From Heptranchias perlo (Eukaryota): a stretch of 64,000 nt of DNA. Shown piece after piece: positions 61,418 through 64,000 of this stretch. The notes beneath the pieces were generated by a model. It was not told the origin of the DNA. It did not search any database and saw only the letters and a list, made by a program, of their open reading frames with translations. The DNA lies in the NCBI RefSeq assembly GCF_035084215.1, contig NC_090363.1, positions 4,960,001 through 5,024,000 on the forward strand. Reading direction: 5' to 3'. The position numbers were made by a program, and so were the translations under genes. The stretch's first letter is position 1; every line of letters starts with the position of its first letter.

Positions 61418-63004
61418 CAATCCAAACGACGTCTCCCCTCCTCCTCCGCTCCCGTCGGCAGCGACAGCTGCAATGTGGAGGCGGCGCCGGCAAAGTGATA
61501 CTTAAAGCCGCGACGCGGACGCGGTAGACTCAACCCGCCGCCCAGCCGCACGCGGGCGGCCCGGGGCTCCGCCCACTTTGTGCTTTCGCTCCGCTGAAAG
61601 AGGCTTTGGTTCGCGGAAAATCGAGCGCCGGGGAAGCCGCGCATCGCTCACTCCTATCCCACGCAATCCAATTCGTCGCACGGGCAATGCTTTGCATTTG
61701 AAAAACGCGGCGGGGTTATTTTTAACACTCCATAATTGCACCGCCTCCCCCTTAAAAAACCGCCCTGGGTCTGCTTTTTTGCTCTTTCCTGGTTGGAATA
61801 CCGCAACGACCTGATACTTGGGCGGGCATTAAGCCTCGAGGTTGCAGGAGAAGGGTCGTTGTTCATATTCCAGAGGAAGCCCTTGTTTTAACGTGTTAAG
61901 GGACTTGAAAAGATCTTGTTAAGTCTGATCTCAGTAACACAGATAGATTGCGCGGTCAAGGTTGATTTTAATCAGAGGGGTTTGCCACAAGGGGATCAAT
62001 TTTGCGGTTCTCAATACAAGTTCTTCGCATAAACCAGGTTTATAATCAAATTTTACAAGTGGGTGTCCAACAAATTCCACCCTGTCTCAAAAACATAAAT
62101 ATGTTAACATTAGGAGCTAAAGCATTTAAAGGGCAGCTGGATAAGCACATAAGGGAGAAAGGAATAGTGGGATATGCTGATAAGGTAAGATGAAGTAGGG
62201 TGTGAGGAGGCTCGTGTGGAGCATAAGCACTAGCATGGACCAGTTGGGTCGAATGGCCTGTTTCTGTGCTGTGGATTCTATATGTAGCTAGTCATCAGCC
62301 TCGGTGCTTCATCTTCATTTGCTACTTTACGCCTCAATAACTCCTCCACGTCGATAACCTAGACGGTTCAATGATCTTTTTAAGGTAGCAAATTAAAGTG
62401 TTAACCACAAGAATCATTGGGGTTAAAATTCAACTTCGGCGAGGGGGGCACAGAACAGGCGGTAGCGGATTGGCCCCCCGTTATACACCCCACACAAACC
62501 CCGATTCTCCTTTCCAATGGCCCTATGTTGTCTGCAAGAAGCTCAGCTTCTTCTCTTGTGTTAAACAACCCATTTCCTCCTCACCAACTCTTAAATCTTT
62601 ACAAAGCCCTTGTCTGGAATACTGCTCCCATGCTGGGGGTGGGGTGGGGAAGGGGGATCTGATGCCTCTCGTGCTCTTAGACAGGATTCAAGATACTTAT
62701 CGCTGATATATGAACCATTTTCACCTCTAGTCTCCAAACTCAGTCTCTTGGTTGCAACCTTTCTTGTCTCTATACTTTATTGCACTATAAGTCAATGCTT
62801 CTCTCAACTTACTTTTTGATTCTCCCAAGCTGCACATATATCAATCTGCATGGCTCCTCCCCCTTACATCATCAAGATTCAGCGAGCTATCTTCTACTCC
62901 AACCCATTTCCTAGGATATCAAAACTACGAAACTCCTTAATCTTAATCATTTAAAGTGTTTTATTCCTCATGTGAGCTGCAGTGCATTTAATCCTAAGCT
63001 CTTT

Positions 63005-64000
63005 AAAAAAAATTCTCAGGATGTGGGCAAAGCCAGCATTTATTGCCCATCCCTAGTTGCCCTTGAGAAAGTGGTGGCGAGCTGCCTTCTTGAACCGCTG
63101 TAGTCCTTGTGGTGAATGTACTCCTATAATGCTGTTAGGTCGGGAGTTCCAGGATTGTGACCCAGTTATGAAGGAACGGCCGATACATGGCCAAATCAGG
63201 ATGATGTGTGACTTGGAGGCAAACCGGGAGGTGGTGTTGTTCCCATGTGCCTGCTGCCTTTGTCCTTCTAGCTGGTAGAGGTCATGGGCTTGGGAGGTGC
63301 TGCCGAAGAAGCCTTGGTGGATTGCTGTAGAGCATCTTTTAGATAGGACACACTGCAGCCACAGCATGCTAATGGTGGAGGGGATTTATGTTTCGGCTAG
63401 TGTATGAGGTGCTGATCACACAGGCTGCTTTGTCCTGGATGGAGTAGAGCTTCTTGAGCGTTATTACAGCTGGATTCATCCAACGAAGTGCAATATGACC
63501 CTAATCTCATGGGTTGTGTAGGTGCCACTTCAGTGATAGGAATGTATCAGGTTGCTGGTTGCTGTGTATCAGCACGAGCCTCTTGGGAATAAGGTGACCT
63601 TCCTGGCAGGTGAATTCTGAGAAGGACTTGATGTAGCACTTTCACTGCTGCTTGGGAAGCCTGTGTGATTTCTAGCATGCATGGGCCTTGCGGGAGGGTT
63701 ACGGTGGGTTGGCATCCTGAGAAAAACCACCATCATCCATGTCCATTTAAACCACGGCATTTATGTGGCTGGTCCAGCTGAGTTTCTGGTCAATGGCAAT
63801 CCCCAGGATGTTGATGGCGGGGGATTCAGCAATGGTAATGCCATTGAATGTCACAGCGATAGTTATGCTCTCTCTTGTTGGAGATGGTCATTGCCTGGAA
63901 CTTGTGTGGCCTGAATGTTACTTGCCACTTATCAACTCAAACCTGGTTGTTGTCCTGGTCTTGCTGCATGTGGGCACGGACTGCTTCATTATCTGCAGAA
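63005..64000 (-). mobile_element. Decayed copy of the second CR1-clade family, running off the window end
   Basis: Similar to 7572-8420 at 63010-63490 and 63735-64000, with an unrelated intervening segment. Confidence 0.75.

Noticed and set aside
1-64000. CRISPR arrays, rRNA or prokaryotic systems
   Set aside because: The sequence is eukaryotic (spliceosomal introns, SINEs and LINEs); no regularly spaced repeat-spacer array or rRNA was seen.

Overview
Repeat-rich vertebrate genomic DNA. The DeuSINE/CR1/L2 repeat content suggests a cartilaginous fish, which is an inference. From 5' to 3' it holds four intronless, same-strand HSP70 genes, each with heat-shock elements and a TATA box; copies 1 and 2 are near-identical from promoter to stop and copies 3 and 4 are mosaics. 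A complete 5-exon LSM2 gene follows, with a young CR1 LINE in intron 1; HSP70 next to LSM2 is the MHC class III arrangement. Next come an 88-bp perfect palindrome nested in a ~350-bp inverted duplication and a divergent two-exon CALHM-family channel gene. The window ends with a minus-strand cluster made only of non-canonical histone genes: a variant H2B, an arginine-rich protamine-like H1, and a second H1 variant with a mutated stem-loop plus AATAAA. The cluster also contains an orphan, perfect histone 3' stem-loop with downstream element, preceded by a TATA box but no recognisable histone ORF. The most promising candidates for new biology are this putative germ-line chromatin cluster, the orphan stem-loop unit and the MHC-linked CALHM. 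All calls are by eye; repeat boundaries are approximate.
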